Positions 1 to 12,999 of a stretch of 64,000 nucleotides of DNA are shown in pieces (position 1 is the first letter of the stretch; each line of letters opens with the position of its first letter). Both the position numbers and the translations under genes were made by a program. Source of the DNA: Lama guanicoe (Eukaryota); assembly GCA_013239625.1 (NCBI GenBank), contig MU056050.1, positions 3,830,084-3,894,083 on the forward strand, written 5' to 3'. The notes under the pieces are model-generated. The model was not told the DNA's origin. It saw only the letters and a list, made by a program, of their open reading frames with translations, and did not search any database.

Positions 1-505
1 AAATTTACCATCTTAACTATTGTAAAATATATTGCTCAGTACTCTTAAGTATATTCATTTTGTTGTGCAATAGATCTCCAGTTCTTTAACATCTTGCAAA
101 ACTGAAACTTTCATTTCTGCCCTCTTCCCAGCCCCAGGTAACCACTTGTTATATCTTCTGTTTCTATTAATTTCACTACTTCAGATACCTCATATAGATG
201 GAATCATATAGTATTTGACTTTTTTGACTGGCTTATTTCAGTTAGCATAATGCCACATAGTAGCATTAGACAAGCTTTCCTTCCTTTTAAAGGCTGAATA
301 ATATTCCATAGTATGTATATATCACAATTTATTTTCATAAGTTGATGGACATTTGGATGCTTCCACCTCTTGGCTATTGTGAATAATGCTGCTATGAATG
401 TAGGTATGTAAGTCTCTCTTTGAGACTCTGCTTTCAATTTTTTGGATATATACCTAGAAGTGGGATTGGTAGATCATATAGTAGTTCCATTTATAATTTT
501 TTGAG
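1..505 (-). mobile_element. LINE-1 3' end (ORF2 C-terminus/3'UTR)
   Basis: Minus ORF IPTFIAALFTIAKRWK is the L1 ORF2 C-terminal motif; typical 3'UTR follows. Confidence 0.85.
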
Positions 506-702
506 TAATGGATATAGTTTGAACTGCAAAAAAAGTCTATTATAAATAAAATTCTTATAATATTTTTGAGGAAAATGAGCTACTAAATTTTCTTAGAGTT
601 AGGAAATATGCAGCTTCAAAAATTTTCCTAGTGGAAAGGAACTAAGGCTGGTATATAGAGATGTAAATGGGAACTAGAGACATAGCCAATTATGTTACAT
701 AC

Positions 703-1189
703 TTGGGAAAGCAAATATGTTACAGCAATTTCTTTACAACTTTCGCTTTCTAAATATGAAACTGTATTTCTTCACGTATATTATAGTAGCCATATTGGGA
801 ATTTCCTTTTCTTTTCTTTTCTAGCTTTTTCCTTCCAGAAAAATAACAATGCTTTTCATAGTCAAAGCTTTGGCTCTTGCCAGCATAAGTTTTTATTAGG
901 TGCATTCCTGCTAGTATGGATGATGATGATGATGATGTGTGTGTGTGCGCGCTCTTGCTCTTGCCATTTCTTTCCTAGAAGTGATGAAAATACATATTCC
1001 CCTTTTTAATTCATCCCTTCAAATCCAACCTCATCATTTTAAGTGTATTTATTTAGGAATTATTTAGGTAATATAAGTGATCTCTTGAAAGCTGTGGCTG
1101 CCACCAGTCTTAATGAAGTATATCTAATTTAATTGAGTGTCCTTGTTTTTGGAAATCTAATATAACCAAAGTTGTCTTTTTGTAACTTT
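703..1189 (-). pseudogene. ITPR-like exon (ARM region after RIH)
   Basis: ttctgcattcctaaag|AA, phase 1, matching the upstream exon. ESYKKTTLVILDF/ERFAQTMEFVEEY; N..INTLKMMR/NKLTFEVVNLAR; DELKRGICIF/SDLLRLTKIL; LMLARAKAL/VMDTKLKII. Candidate donor CAA|gtatgt at 702 is tentative. Confidence 0.65.
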
Positions 1190-1989
1190 CTTTAGGAATG
1201 CAGAATTATAAGAAAAAACTCACTATTTCTTAACTATTATATGGTATAGTACTATGTCTATGTTATGTACTTTTTGAATGAATTAGTGAATGAATGAGTA
1301 AACTCTTAATCATTAATACAGAGTACTGTTTACAATAAGAAAACTAGTGGGAGTGCTTGTTCATTGGAACCAGCAAAACTCTAAATACCTGGAACATGGA
1401 GTTCTTTTTACTAGTATAAATGCTGACATTTTGAAGAATACTATACATTCCTATACATATCTCTGAATATTTTCTCACAAAAATACCTAGAAAGAAATTT
1501 GACTTTCTAAAGGATAAAAACAGATATAGGGCCATTCAGTTGTCCCACAGAAAGGATATATGAATTTGTGCTCCGAATCATAGTGTTAGGGAATGCTGTT
1601 TACTCATTATTATCATTATTAGTAATAAGGTTAAAGATAATCTTTCATCATTTTAATTTCTATTTCTTTGATAGTTATATCTTTCTAGAGTAATTATATA
1701 TAATTATATAGTGATTACTATATAAAGCAATTATAGAAATCACTGTATAATTATAGCTATATAGTAACTATGTGAACCAGTATATAATGGTTACTATATA
1801 TTGATTATTACATATTTATTTGATTATTTTAATTTATATATATATAAATATATACATATATGTTATCTGATATATGGGTTTGGGGATTATGAAATTTCTG
1901 AGCTATAATTAGCATCAATGGCTAATAAATTGAAGTGAGTTTCATTCAACATCCATTTAATAAATATAATATGTTACACTTATATAACT

Positions 1990-2250
1990 TTTATAACACT
2001 CTCTGCCAGGGACTATTCTGAATATTATTTTATATAGATACATTTTATATATGTATGTATGTAAAATGCACATATTTTTAGCAAAATAACTATCAAAATA
2101 ACCTTAAGAGGTGGGTATATTTTTGTTAACCTATTTTTCAGATGAGGAACTTAAAGCAAAATGAGGCTAAATGATATGTCAAAGTCACACAGCTCCATGG
2201 CTAGTGAGTGTTATTTATGAGGAGGGAATTTAAATCCAGGTAGAGTCTTG
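1990..2250 (-). mobile_element. MIR SINE, degenerate
   Basis: MIR core ttttcagatgaggaact...gtcacacagct...gagggaatttaaatccagg. Confidence 0.65.
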
Positions 2251-2289
2251 CCGTACTGTTCCAATTCATAAGTGTCACACTATAATACT

Positions 2290-2580
2290 TCCTAGTAAAT
2301 TTGCTGAGCACCTACTATGAGCCAAGCATTGTGCTGTATTTGGGGTTGAAACACTGAACAAAGTCAGGCATGGTACTTGCCAACTTAAATCTTTTGAGTT
2401 ATAACTTTAGAGACGGTTATGGTGAATGTTATAAAGTAATTGTATTAATTATTAAATTACTATTTTAATGTAATTTATAAAGCTTAAGTCAAGGGTGTAT
2501 GTGAACATATAATTGAGACCTGACCTAGGCTAAAGAGTCAGTGAACAACCTTTCTTTAAGGAAGAGAAATTTAAGCTGCA
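2290..2580 (-). mobile_element. L2 LINE 3' fragment
   Basis: ttgctgagcacctactatgagccaagcattgtgct is the typical L2 3' end. Confidence 0.65.
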
Positions 2581-2889
2581 AAATCAATGTCAAATTAATA
2601 TCAGATTTTATTTCATTTTTTTCAATTGTTGATAATTTCATTGGACTGCTTTTAATTGGAGTATGTGTCTACTCTACACTGATTTAAATAGCTCTTTGTA
2701 AATAATAGGTATTGAGTTATAACTGCCATATGTTAAAATATTACTCAAAGTTTTATGCTATTCATGTTTTTGACGTTCAAAATAAGTCTGGTTCCAGATT
2801 GTATATTCTGTTCCACTGATCACACTGTATATTCTTTTTCTGACCCATGTTATTTTGATTAAGATAGCTTTAAAATAGTTCTTATTCTT

Positions 2890-4247
2890 CTGCCCAACTG
2901 CTCATCATAGCCTCCAATCTCAGCCCTCTAGGAAACTCAGGGGAACAAATTTGTACTTCTTCCCAACTGATGAGCATAGCCTTCAGTCTCACCCCTCTGG
3001 GAAGCATGACCACAGACCACTGGCCTATGCAGAGCACATCCTATGGACCACTTGGGCAGGGAGTCAAGTCAGGAGCCCTGTACAACTGTTGAGCATAGAC
3101 TGTGGCCCCCAAAAACCAGGAAACCTGAACAGTGACCCTGAGCAGCTTGGAGCCCAGCCTACCTTATCACCCATCTGCAAAGCTCAGCCTACCAAATCAT
3201 CCAGCAACTGATCCCAGCATACAGTCCCACCTGATTGGTAAACACCCAGAGATTGAACACAGCCAATGGCCCTGCCCAATTGTAGAGCATGATCTGTGGC
3301 TCCACTTGACCAGGGAGCCTGGAGAGCAACCTCACTCAACTGTGGAGCACATTCTCCAGCCCCCCCCCAAATGTGGGGTACGGCTAGTGGCCCCACTTGA
3401 CCAGAGAGTTGGGCCAGCAACCTCATCCAACAACAGAGCACAGTCAGTGGCCTACCCATTACAAATCCTAGCCAGATGTCCCACCCAACTTCCCGGCACA
3501 GTCTGTGGCCCTGTTTGATCTCAGAGCACAGTGGGAGGCCCCATTCGACCCTGAAGCCCAAGCTCCAGCCCCATCTGAACGTAGAGTCCAGCCAGTGTCA
3601 CCACCAGATCAGGCAGCACAGCTTGAGGCCCCACCTGACCAGAAGTGATTACACAGCATAGTTCCAAGCCCTAACCAATTGTGGAATCTAACTAGTGAAA
3701 CTACTCTTACAAGAAAAACAGCTTGCAATTCGTACTGACAAGAGGTGGTTCCAGAGCCCAGCTGGTGGTCCTGCCTGACTGTAGAATATAGCCAGAAGCC
3801 CTGTCCAACCAGGGATTCCACCTAATGGTCCCATTCTAAGTGTCCATTAAGAAATGAATGGATAAAGAAAATGGAATACTATTCAGCCATGAGAAAGGAG
3901 GAAATCCTGCCATTTACAACATCATTAGGCGAAATTTCAGGGCATTATGCTAACTAAAATAAGTCAGACAGAAAAAGACAAATACTGTGCGAGTAGATTG
4001 GTGGTTTCCAGGGGTTAAGTGGGGTAGGGGTAAGGTAGGCAAATGTGGTCATAGGGTACAAATTTCCAGTTACAAGATGAATAAGTTCTGGGAATATAAT
4101 ATACAGCATGGTGACTATAATTAATTTGTTGTATACTTGAAAGTTACTAAGAGAGTAAATGTTAAAAGTTCTCACCACACACACGCAAAATGGTAACTTA
4201 GTGAGGTGATGGATGTGTTGACTAACATTATTGTGATCATTTCACAG

Positions 4248-4284
<37 letters not shown>

Positions 4285-4370
4285 TCACATATATAAAATT
4301 ATCATCTGTACAGCTTAAATTTATACAGTGTTGTATGTCAGATGTATCTTAATGAAGTTGGAAAAAATTT
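2890..4370 (+). mobile_element. LINE-1 composite: GC-richer degenerate monomer array (probable 5'UTR, 2890-3830) joined to an L1MA-type 3' end (3835-4370)
   Basis: Recurring cccac(c/t)tgacc/ccag motifs about 40-60 bp apart. Abrupt switch to taagtgtccatt...gaatggataaagaaaatg...3'UTR. Confidence 0.6.
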
Positions 4371-4790
4371 TAAAATGAAACAGTTATTATCTGATAGTGC
4401 ATCTTTATTTTTATTAGTGATCTTTTTCAATATGTATCTGGTTATTTTTGCCTACTTAGTCTTACAAACAAATTAAAGAATAATTTTATGGAGATACAAA
4501 ATAAAGTCCATTGAGGTATTGATCAAAATTGCATTAAAGATGTAAATTCATTTTCAGAGAGTTCACATTATTGTATATATAGTATTGAGGTTTTCCATCT
4601 AAAAATGTAATATATATTTTCATGTATTTACATCTTTTTTTACATTGTTCAATTAAGCTTATAGTTTTCTTTATATAGTTTTCTTGAATGTCTCTTACCA
4701 AGTTTATTCATAACTACTCTTATTTGTTGATATTTTTATTGATGAATTCATTTTTTGCTGTTGTATAGCCTTGGTATTATTGCTGTAAGG

Positions 4791-5010
4791 TACAGGTTCT
4801 CAACTAGGGATGATTCTGTGCCATGGGGAATATTGGGAATGTCTGGAGACATATTTGTTGTCATAATTTTGGGAGTAGGATGGTGCTACTGCCAACTAAT
4901 TGGTAGAACCCAGGAATGCTGCCAAGCATCGTACAATACATAGGATTTCCCTCCATAAAAAAGAATTATCTGATCCAAAATGCCAGTTGTGTTAATTTTG
5001 AGAAGCCCTG
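4791..5010 (+). mobile_element. MER20-like hAT-Charlie non-autonomous DNA transposon
   Basis: caggttctcaac...gaatgtctggagacat...aaagaattatctgatccaaaatg...gagaagccctg, with TIR-like ends. Confidence 0.8.
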
Positions 5011-5274
5011 GTATAAGATAAAGAAGCTATCTTCTTTTTGAATATGTTAATTTTGTAGGTTCAAGTTTATTGAACTTGTTTTATTTTTGATTTTTGATTT
5101 TTTCATGTATACTACAATATTATAACTGTAATATATCCGCTTCTTGCCAATATTTGAATCTCATTTCATTTCTGTATCTGATTATAGTAGCCAGAGTGTC
5201 TAAAATGTTAAATAATCATGGTGACTGGAAACATTTTTGTCTCACTCCTGCTTTGAGTGGCAATACCTCTGGTT

Positions 5275-5616
5275 CAGCATTTCCTAAATTGTGTTTCACA
5301 GAACAGTGGTCCAAACAGATGCTTCACATTAAAGTTTCTGTGGAAGTGCTACGTATCATATCCCTCTCCAGCAGAGTCACAATTTATATTAGCATATTAA
5401 AGAAGCACTTTGAAAAATGATGCTATAGTGCACTGGTTCTCAATCTTGGCTGCACATAAAATCACCCATGGAACTTAAAAAAATACTCATATCTGGATCC
5501 CACCTCTAGAGATTCTGAGTTAATTGATCTCTGATGAGACCCAGGAATCAAAAAAAAAAGTTATTTTTAAATCTCTCTATGTGATTCTAATGTACAACCA
5601 GATTTGAATACCACTG
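5275..5616. mobile_element. Two adjacent hAT-Charlie MITEs (MER5-like, about 5275-5421 and 5431-5616)
   Basis: cactggttctcaatcttggctgcac...gtgattctaatgtacaaccagatttgaataccactg (MER5A-type); cagcatttcctaaa...ctttgaaaaatgatg. Confidence 0.7.
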
Positions 5617-6373
5617 CTTTTGCTCCTCACCATCAAGTATGAAGTTGGTTCTTGTTCTGAATAAATAATTGTATCATGTAATGGATGAAATATATTGCTC
5701 CTATTTAAAAAAGAGATGTGAAAATCAGGAATGCCAATTTGCTGTTTATTCTCCATGGCTTTTATTCAGCAGTCTTCTCTGTACTGTGTTTCCTGATCTC
5801 AGATTACTCTTTTTTTGCAACTTCTTATTTTGGCTTCATAAATACAGAATTCTTTCTAATCTCTTTGAAAAAAACAAATTAGACATTTTCTTATGTTTCT
5901 TACCATATGACTGAAAGAAATACTTTTACTATGATTCTTGAGGTGGTCCCATTCTTCTGATCTGCAGTATCTCTTCATAAATCCAACCACATTTAAATTT
6001 TTCTCAGTTTGGAAAAATACACAGGTATACCAGCTTTTGCTTGTTGTGCCCACTTACCCTCCTTTCTCCACTACAGTATCCTCTTGAAGGGACTATGACT
6101 TGTCAGGAAGGATAGTGACCACATGTTGTCTTCACTTGCCCTCAGTGATTTTGGGGATGTTTGAAGGAATATGTCAGAATCTCCTCCAACTGCTTCTCAA
6201 ACCTGTTCTTTCATAAGGGAAAACACTCTGATTGAGTATCTTCTTATATGAGTTACCTTTTCTGTATTTTACCATCATTATAGGTTTTTACCTATTTTCA
6301 TATTTTGCAGTTCATTTCTAGAGGAATGTGAGAGGGAGGGAAATTAACACCTCTGATTATGGGACCAAGTTAC

Positions 6374-7518
6374 CTGGAATATGTCATCTTAATCCTTTTT
6401 ACTCCATTAAGTCAATATAACAGTCTTCATAAATTAATAGAGCTTCCTATTTTACTTATTATTTTAACAAATTTTTATTGACATATAATTGACCTAAATA
6501 TCATATTAGTTTCAAGTGTACTACTTAGCGATTCAATATTTCTATACATTATGAAACGGTCACCACAATAAGTCTAGTTACCATCTGTCACCATACAAAA
6601 TTATTACAATATTATTGACTATATAGTTTACTTATTATTTATGAACTATTATTCCTATCATTTTATATCTCTTTGCCAGCTACATTTATTCCATATCTAA
6701 ATTCTTCATCTAATCCATTAATGATTATTGCCAAGCTTAGTTCTATTTCTGCTTCTTTTTGATGATGTATATACCAATATTAACCATTTGTAGAAAAATT
6801 AAAAAGTACTTTGTGAAAAGAAAATGGAAATTTACTGTGGGTAATGGGTGGATTTACAAATAAAACACTTTTCAGTGTACATTTCCAAGTCCAATAAATG
6901 CTGTGTTCTCCAATAGAAACAATTATTTTCTATTGAAAGCACATTAGAAAGGCTGTATGTAGATACTAAAGCAATTTATTTCAATGCATGCAAGAAGTCA
7001 TTTGGATAATGCATATTATTTTTACTATCAACAGAATCAATTGCTTTAAAACAAATAAGATAGAATAGTGATATAGGTGACTACCAGATGTGTTTAAAGA
7101 ACTGCATTGGATATATATTTATATTAAAAACAAATGTAATATTATAACTGAAGTTATATTCATAGCTTGGCAAAAAATAGCATTGTACCATACTCTGGTT
7201 GTTAATTTGTCTCCCAATTTAGTGTAACATCTTCATCATTCCATGTTGTGTGATCACAAAGTAAACAAAGTTTTTTGAACCTTATTCAAAAATATTTGAT
7301 CATTTTTCTAGTAATGTTGCAGTCCTTTAGAATATATAATGGTACTTGAGTCATTTTAGTGTGTTCTGTTTAATAGTCTATATCTGACTCCCTCAAGTAT
7401 TTAATCAAGTTTTGTTTGGCACATTTCTTGTTTATTTGGGCTTCCTGAGCAGACCTATAGTCATCTTAATTATCACCACTGTCATTTTGTATATCAACAG
7501 TTTGAGGAAAATTAACGC
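6374..7518 (-). pseudogene. Large (about 970 nt without insert) ITPR-like exon: RIH domain and downstream ARM region, interrupted by an L1 fragment
   Basis: ctgtctttaaag|GCG...CCA G|gtaact. Ordered matches to ITPR1: LKLLIYKMT/LEDLVYFVT; PNKQ..KQNLIKYL/PNRE..EQNILKQI; CNITRKMIKY/CRLCYRVLRH; KNFVY..QHGMM..*IG/KNQEY..QFGFM..QIG; ILFVLKQL..K.I..IQ...C/FLDYLSDL..K.I..TQ...C; EHSIYWTWK/EEEVWLFWR; LAI..NGLD/LAI..SGQLD; RKLY*FMKT.YID/RASFCRLMLHMHVD; *HIP/WSEIP. Confidence 0.8.
6465..6626 (-). mobile_element. 5'-truncated L1 3'UTR fragment with 14-bp target-site duplication
   Basis: TTTACTTATTATTT at both 6451-6464 and 6627-6640. The insert is the reverse complement of the L1 3'UTR type seen at about 51950-52140. 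Confidence 0.85.
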
Positions 7519-7889
7519 CTTTAAAGACAGAGGTGATAATTTGATTGTCTTACTTTATTGAAGAGATATTGCACAACTTAAATATAAGGTAAATCCCAAT
7601 GCTTTAAACCATTTCCACACCAACATACATGATAAAATATGAGATATGTTCACATAAAAAGGGTCTTCAGATATAATAAACATGCTTAAAAATTCAGAAA
7701 GTCATTCCAAGGAAAAGTTGAAAATTATTCTAGAGATTATGAAGAATTTTAATGTATTAATGTCATTACTGCTATCAGAACAATAAAATTAAGCACATGC
7801 TATAATGAAATATAAATTATTATTTCACGAACATTATTTGGGATGAATATAAGCATTATATATTATATTCTATATTCTCAAAAAAGTTA

Positions 7890-8442
7890 AGCATTAAGGC
7901 AGTTTTACTATTCTATATAATACTATAATGGTGCATGCATCATATTATGCATTTGTCAAAACCCATAGAACTTTACAACACAAAGAGTAAACTTTAATGA
8001 ATTAAAATGTTTTAAAAATCATTTAGGAGGTTGAGCAATCTTAGGAAAGAATGCAGACTGTGACAAAAGAATCTAATTGAACCACAAATGTATGAAGCAA
8101 TCTAACCAAAGAGGATGGGAGAATAAGGTACCAACCTGAGTAACTTGGGAAATGAGTGAAGTCTGTAAGACTAAAGTTAAAGGGAAGTGTACATAAGCAC
8201 TACGCTCAAGTTGATAAAGCTTTCTTCCATGGAAGTATGGGTTAGTAATTCTGAAACCATCATATAGATATATGACACTTGGACAGTTAGGTTAATTGAT
8301 GGCAGATGTTGGGAGCCACATTTCTTACTGTTGGAGTTTGAGGTTATAAATAAGCAATAGGGGAGGCTGTGATTTATTTGATAAATTAGAATTGAATGCA
8401 TTAGTAAGAACACGTTTAGCTTAAGGTAATACAGATGGAGAT

Positions 8443-8490
<48 letters not shown>

Positions 8491-10900
8491 ATGTATGTGT
8501 GTGTATGTGTACATGGGTTAATATATACCCATATATTTCTTTGCTGTGTCAGCTGCAAGGGCCTAAAAGCAATGGCAGCCAAGTCATAAAAGCACTACTA
8601 GCACCTAGATCTTGGTTTCTAACACCATTATACAACAAAAGGAATAGAGCTCTTTGGAGAAGTGGCCGATTCTGGGACTGGTGCTGGGAATATAGAAGAT
8701 GATGCTAGAGATCTTTTAGTTCCAGAAAATAAGGGCTAAAGAGAAACAAAAAAGATGGAAATATGTTAAAGTGACACAAGGGCCACTGAAAGAGCTCTAA
8801 TGGCCAAAGTTAGAATAATTTGAACAATAAAATAAATAAGGTAATATTAGATTATAACCCAAAGTATAAAATAGATACCTTTGAGTCCATACTGATGTAA
8901 ATGAAATGATACTAAATAAATGGGAAGAAAGAGACAAATTTTCCATTCTAAAGAATTTCAGATAATTTACATAGGTATTCCATCCTCAGGGAAGTAGAGT
9001 ATATCTCCCCACTGGAGTTGTGGGCTGCATACAGTGACCTCCTTCCAAAGAGTATGGTTTTAAAGGAAAAAGGAAACCTAGCAAACACTGCCTTAGCCAA
9101 GTGATCAAGATTAACATCAACAATGATAAGCCATGTAACCTTGATGAGATGAAATGAGAATGACAGTTCACCTCTATGGTCTTCTTACCAAAAACCTATA
9201 ATTCCAGTCTCATCATCAGATGCATGAGGAAACAGCAGACAAATTCCAACTGAGGGCTAATCTACAAAATACCTGACCTGTACTCCTAGGAATTGTCAAG
9301 GTCATCAAAAACTAGGAAAGTCTGAAAAATGGTCATAGCCTAAAGGAAACTAAAGAAACACGATTACTAAATGTAATATAATATCCTGCATGAGAATTTC
9401 AGAAATAAAAGGGACACTAGGTAAAAAGTAAGGAAATTTTAATAAAGTATATATTTTAGTTAATAATAATGTATTAGTATTGGTTCTTAATGTGACAAAT
9501 GTATCACATTAATATGTTAGTTAATACAAGAAACTGTGGGAGTATGAGAGCTCTGTACTATCTTTACTATTTTTCTGTAAATATAAAATTATTCTAAAAT
9601 AAAAGATTATTTAAAAAGAATGCAAAAATAAAGCTGCTACATTGAAGATACAAACAATAACAGATTGAAATTATAGCAATAAAAACTACAATACATGAGA
9701 TAAAAAATACACTGAATGGGATTAATGGCAGGTTAAACATAGTGGAAGATTAGTGAACCTGAGGAAATACCAATAGAAACTTCTGAAAAGAAGTTAGAGA
9801 GAAAAAATAATTAAATTTTTTAAAGTATACAAAGTTTTGGTGAACTGTGGGACAACTTCAAGTGGCTTAGTATGTGTATTTAGAGTCCTCAAAATTGGAG
9901 GAGAGAGTAGGAAAAAAAGTGAAGAAAAATGGCTAAACATTTTCCAAATTGATGAAAATTATGACCCCAAATACCCAAGAAGTTCAATAACAGTCAAGCA
10001 GAAAAAAATTAAGGTAACCATAACAACATAATCAAAATTAATTACTCAAAATCAGCAATAAAGAATTGTGAAAGTAACCAGATTGGGGGTGGGGAGAAAA
10101 ATACTCTATGAGCAAAGAAACAACAAATACAAGGATGATGTCAGATTCCTCATCAGAAACAATGCATGTGAAAAGTCAGTGGAGCAATAACTTTAAAATA
10201 TTGAAGGGAAAAAAGCTCCTGGATAAGCTGTAATAATTTATCATTGGCAAACCTAAACTATAAGAATTAAAGGAAGTTCTTCAGGCAGAAGAAAAATTAT
10301 TCCACGTAGAAATATGGGTAAGGACAGAAAAGAAATTACAGAGAAGTACAAAAAAGCTTTTGAGGATTATGGATATGCTTATTGTTTTGATGGTGGTGAT
10401 GATTTCCTAGGTGTGGACAAATGTCAAAACTTACCAAATTGTACACTTTAAATATGTGCAGTTTACATTAAAAAATACAACTACAATATGACCCAGTTAT
10501 TCCCTTTCTAAATGTTTATAAAATAGAAATAAAAGTATATATCCATACAAAGACTTGTACACTAGTGTTAATACAAGCTTTATTTATAATGTCCCCAAAC
10601 TGGAAACAATCCAAATTTCCATCAGTGATTGAATGGATAAATAGTATATTCATACAATGGAGCACTACTCAGAGATAAAAAGAAATGACCCATTAATATT
10701 CTTAACAAAATGGATGAATCTGAAAATAAACATGCTGATTATAAACAGACACAAGAAGACTGTATATTTTATAATTCCATTTATATAAAGTTCTAGGTAA
10801 TGCAAACTAATTTAATGTGACAGAAATCAGAGTAATGGCTGCCTAAGAAGGGGAAGCTTGGAGATACACTTCTGTACCAACCCCAACCAAATAAATCACA
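7890..10900 (+). mobile_element. Old LINE-1 fragments (L1MC/MD-type 3'UTR, ORF1 remnant, L1ME-type 3' pieces) with (TG)n at about 8446-8485
   Basis: Typical L1M 3'UTR text (catttgtcaaaacccatagaac; ctctgtactatc) and ORF1-like remnants. Confidence 0.7.
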
Positions 10901-11839
10901 GTTCTTGAAAATAATAGGTAAAGTGATAATAATAACTAAAATTAACATAGCTATAGATATTTAATGATCTGGACAACCAAGTTGGGGGACTTTTCAAGAT
11001 GATAGTACAAAGGATAAAGAGATGAAAAGTATCAGTGAAATGTTCTGACATGGAAACTTTTGAAAATAAGTTTCATAATCACAGAAAGGAGCAGAGGAAA
11101 TATTCAAAGAAATTTTTAAAAACTGTAGAAATTTATGCACATGCACACATGTACACACTTACTTGGCATATTAGAGTTAGGTGTACATATATTCAGTTCT
11201 GACAGCCCTGACTCTCAAGAAGACATTGAGCATTTCCTTCCAGTTAATGGAATCATTTCAGAGCCACGAAAATTTTTCTCCCCATCTGCTCCTAAATTAG
11301 TCCTTTCATAATTTATTTTTTAAATGGTAGTCCTTAAATATTTTTGTATGTTGCCATGTAGAATCTTAAATTTTCAACTGAATCACTAGAAGAGATTTAT
11401 CACAATAGGATTCATTAGCTTAGATTTATAAAATTTAAAAAATGTATAATTAAACCTCTGACACTTGCTATTTCTCTATTTATATTTATGGAAATACCAG
11501 GATTCCCCTGGAATGAGAAGACTGGTTGTTCTTTTGACTAATGCTTGTAATGTCTTTGAAAAAGTGTATTAGAATATGGAAAATATGTAAACAATAGGCA
11601 CTTAAGTCTAATTCAATTATTTCAAGACATAACGTAACCTACCATTTTTTCCTCTTGAATGACAAAAATAGGACATTAAACAAAGGAAATTGAGAAAATA
11701 AAGGATGCTTCTAGTTTTGATTTTTTTCTTTAACAGGTACATGAAAAGTTATCAGATGTTGCATTTTAAAAGTACATACAGATCTGCATTAATGTAGTAA
11801 CAAGAGCACAGGGCTGAGAGTCACAAGAATCAAATTGTT

Positions 11840-12020
11840 GGGGGAGGATATAGCTCAAGTGGTAGAGCACATGCTTAGCATGCATGCATGAGGTCCTGGG
11901 TTCAATCCCACGTACTTCCTCTAAAACTAAATAAACCTAATTACCCCCTACACACCAAAATAAAATGATTAAATAATACAATAATAAATAAAATATAAAA
12001 ATAAAATGTTTAAGAAAAAA
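11840..12020 (+). mobile_element. tRNA-Ala-derived SINE (Vic-1-like, camelid type) inserted in a MIR
   Basis: GGGGAGGATATAGCTCAAGTGGTAGAGC...GGTCCTGGGTTCAATCCC (A and B boxes), A-rich tail, degenerate TSD aagaat(c/t)aaat at 11825 and 12021. Confidence 0.8.
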
Positions 12021-12239
12021 AAGAATTAAATACTTGGCTCTGATCTGATAATATACTAGTATAATCTTGAATATGTGAGTTCTGGATCTAATTCCTCATT
12101 CATAAAATGGTACAGTAATATGTACTCGACATCTGTGATAGGGTTGCTAAGACAATTGAATGAGATGGTAGATGTGGAAACACTGAAAACTATTGGACAT
12201 TAATTTAAACTTAATTTAACTAGTTTAAATTAATTTATA

Positions 12240-12950
12240 CATTAATTCATTCAAATGCACTTATTTGTACTTGTATACCTAAATACATAAATAGTGGTGA
12301 ACAAAAAAAATCCTCACAAATCTGTGTTCTACTTCAGCATACATTGTACTGAAAGGGGACATATAACAGACATACGATATATTAAATGGTGAACAGTGTT
12401 ACAGAGGAAAATAAGTTGGAAAATAATAGAGGTTGTTGAGAAGTAGGGAAATTGATGCAACTTTCAGTGACATAATCAGAGAAGGCCTTTTGAGAAGGCT
12501 ACAAAGAGCTCAAGGAAGCAAATGTATAAGCTATATGGATATATGACAGAAATGTGCTACAGTCAAAGTGAACAGCAAAAACGATAGCCCTGAAGCAGAC
12601 CTATGTCTGAGTGCTGGAGGAGCAACAAGGATGCCATTCTGGCAAGAGTGGAATTCATTTGGGGAATAGTAGTCTAAGATAAGCTCAGAAAGATGAAGGG
12701 GTCCGTATTACATAGAGCCCTGTAAGCCATTTTAAGGACTGTATCTTTATTTTGAAAAAAAGAATTTGAGAAGTAATAGGGATTGAACTGCATTTAGCAG
12801 AATACATGAGAAGGGGACAAAGGTAGAAGCAGAAGTTTAGCAATGATCCAGAAGGGAGGTGAGGCTGGCAATAGGGCATTGTCAGTCAGGGTGGAGAAAA
12901 ATGGTCTGATTCTGGATGTTTTAAAATATTGACTATGTTGGTGGCTCCAA
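12240..12950 (-). mobile_element. L2 LINE fragment
   Basis: attcattcaa...; cagagaaggcct; gtaagccattttaaggact: typical L2 3' region. Confidence 0.65.
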
Positions 12951-12999
12951 ATACAGAGGCATTTCTTCCCCTTAGTCCTTTGTGGCTTCATTAAAAAAA

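Noticed and set aside
2951..3821. Cluster of overlapping 60-128 aa ORFs
   Set aside because: Expected in GC-richer degenerate repeat sequence; no recognisable protein and no splice support.
11841..11920. Possible tRNA-Ala gene
   Set aside because: Extra bases in the D and anticodon regions, an A-rich tail and a TSD show it is a SINE.
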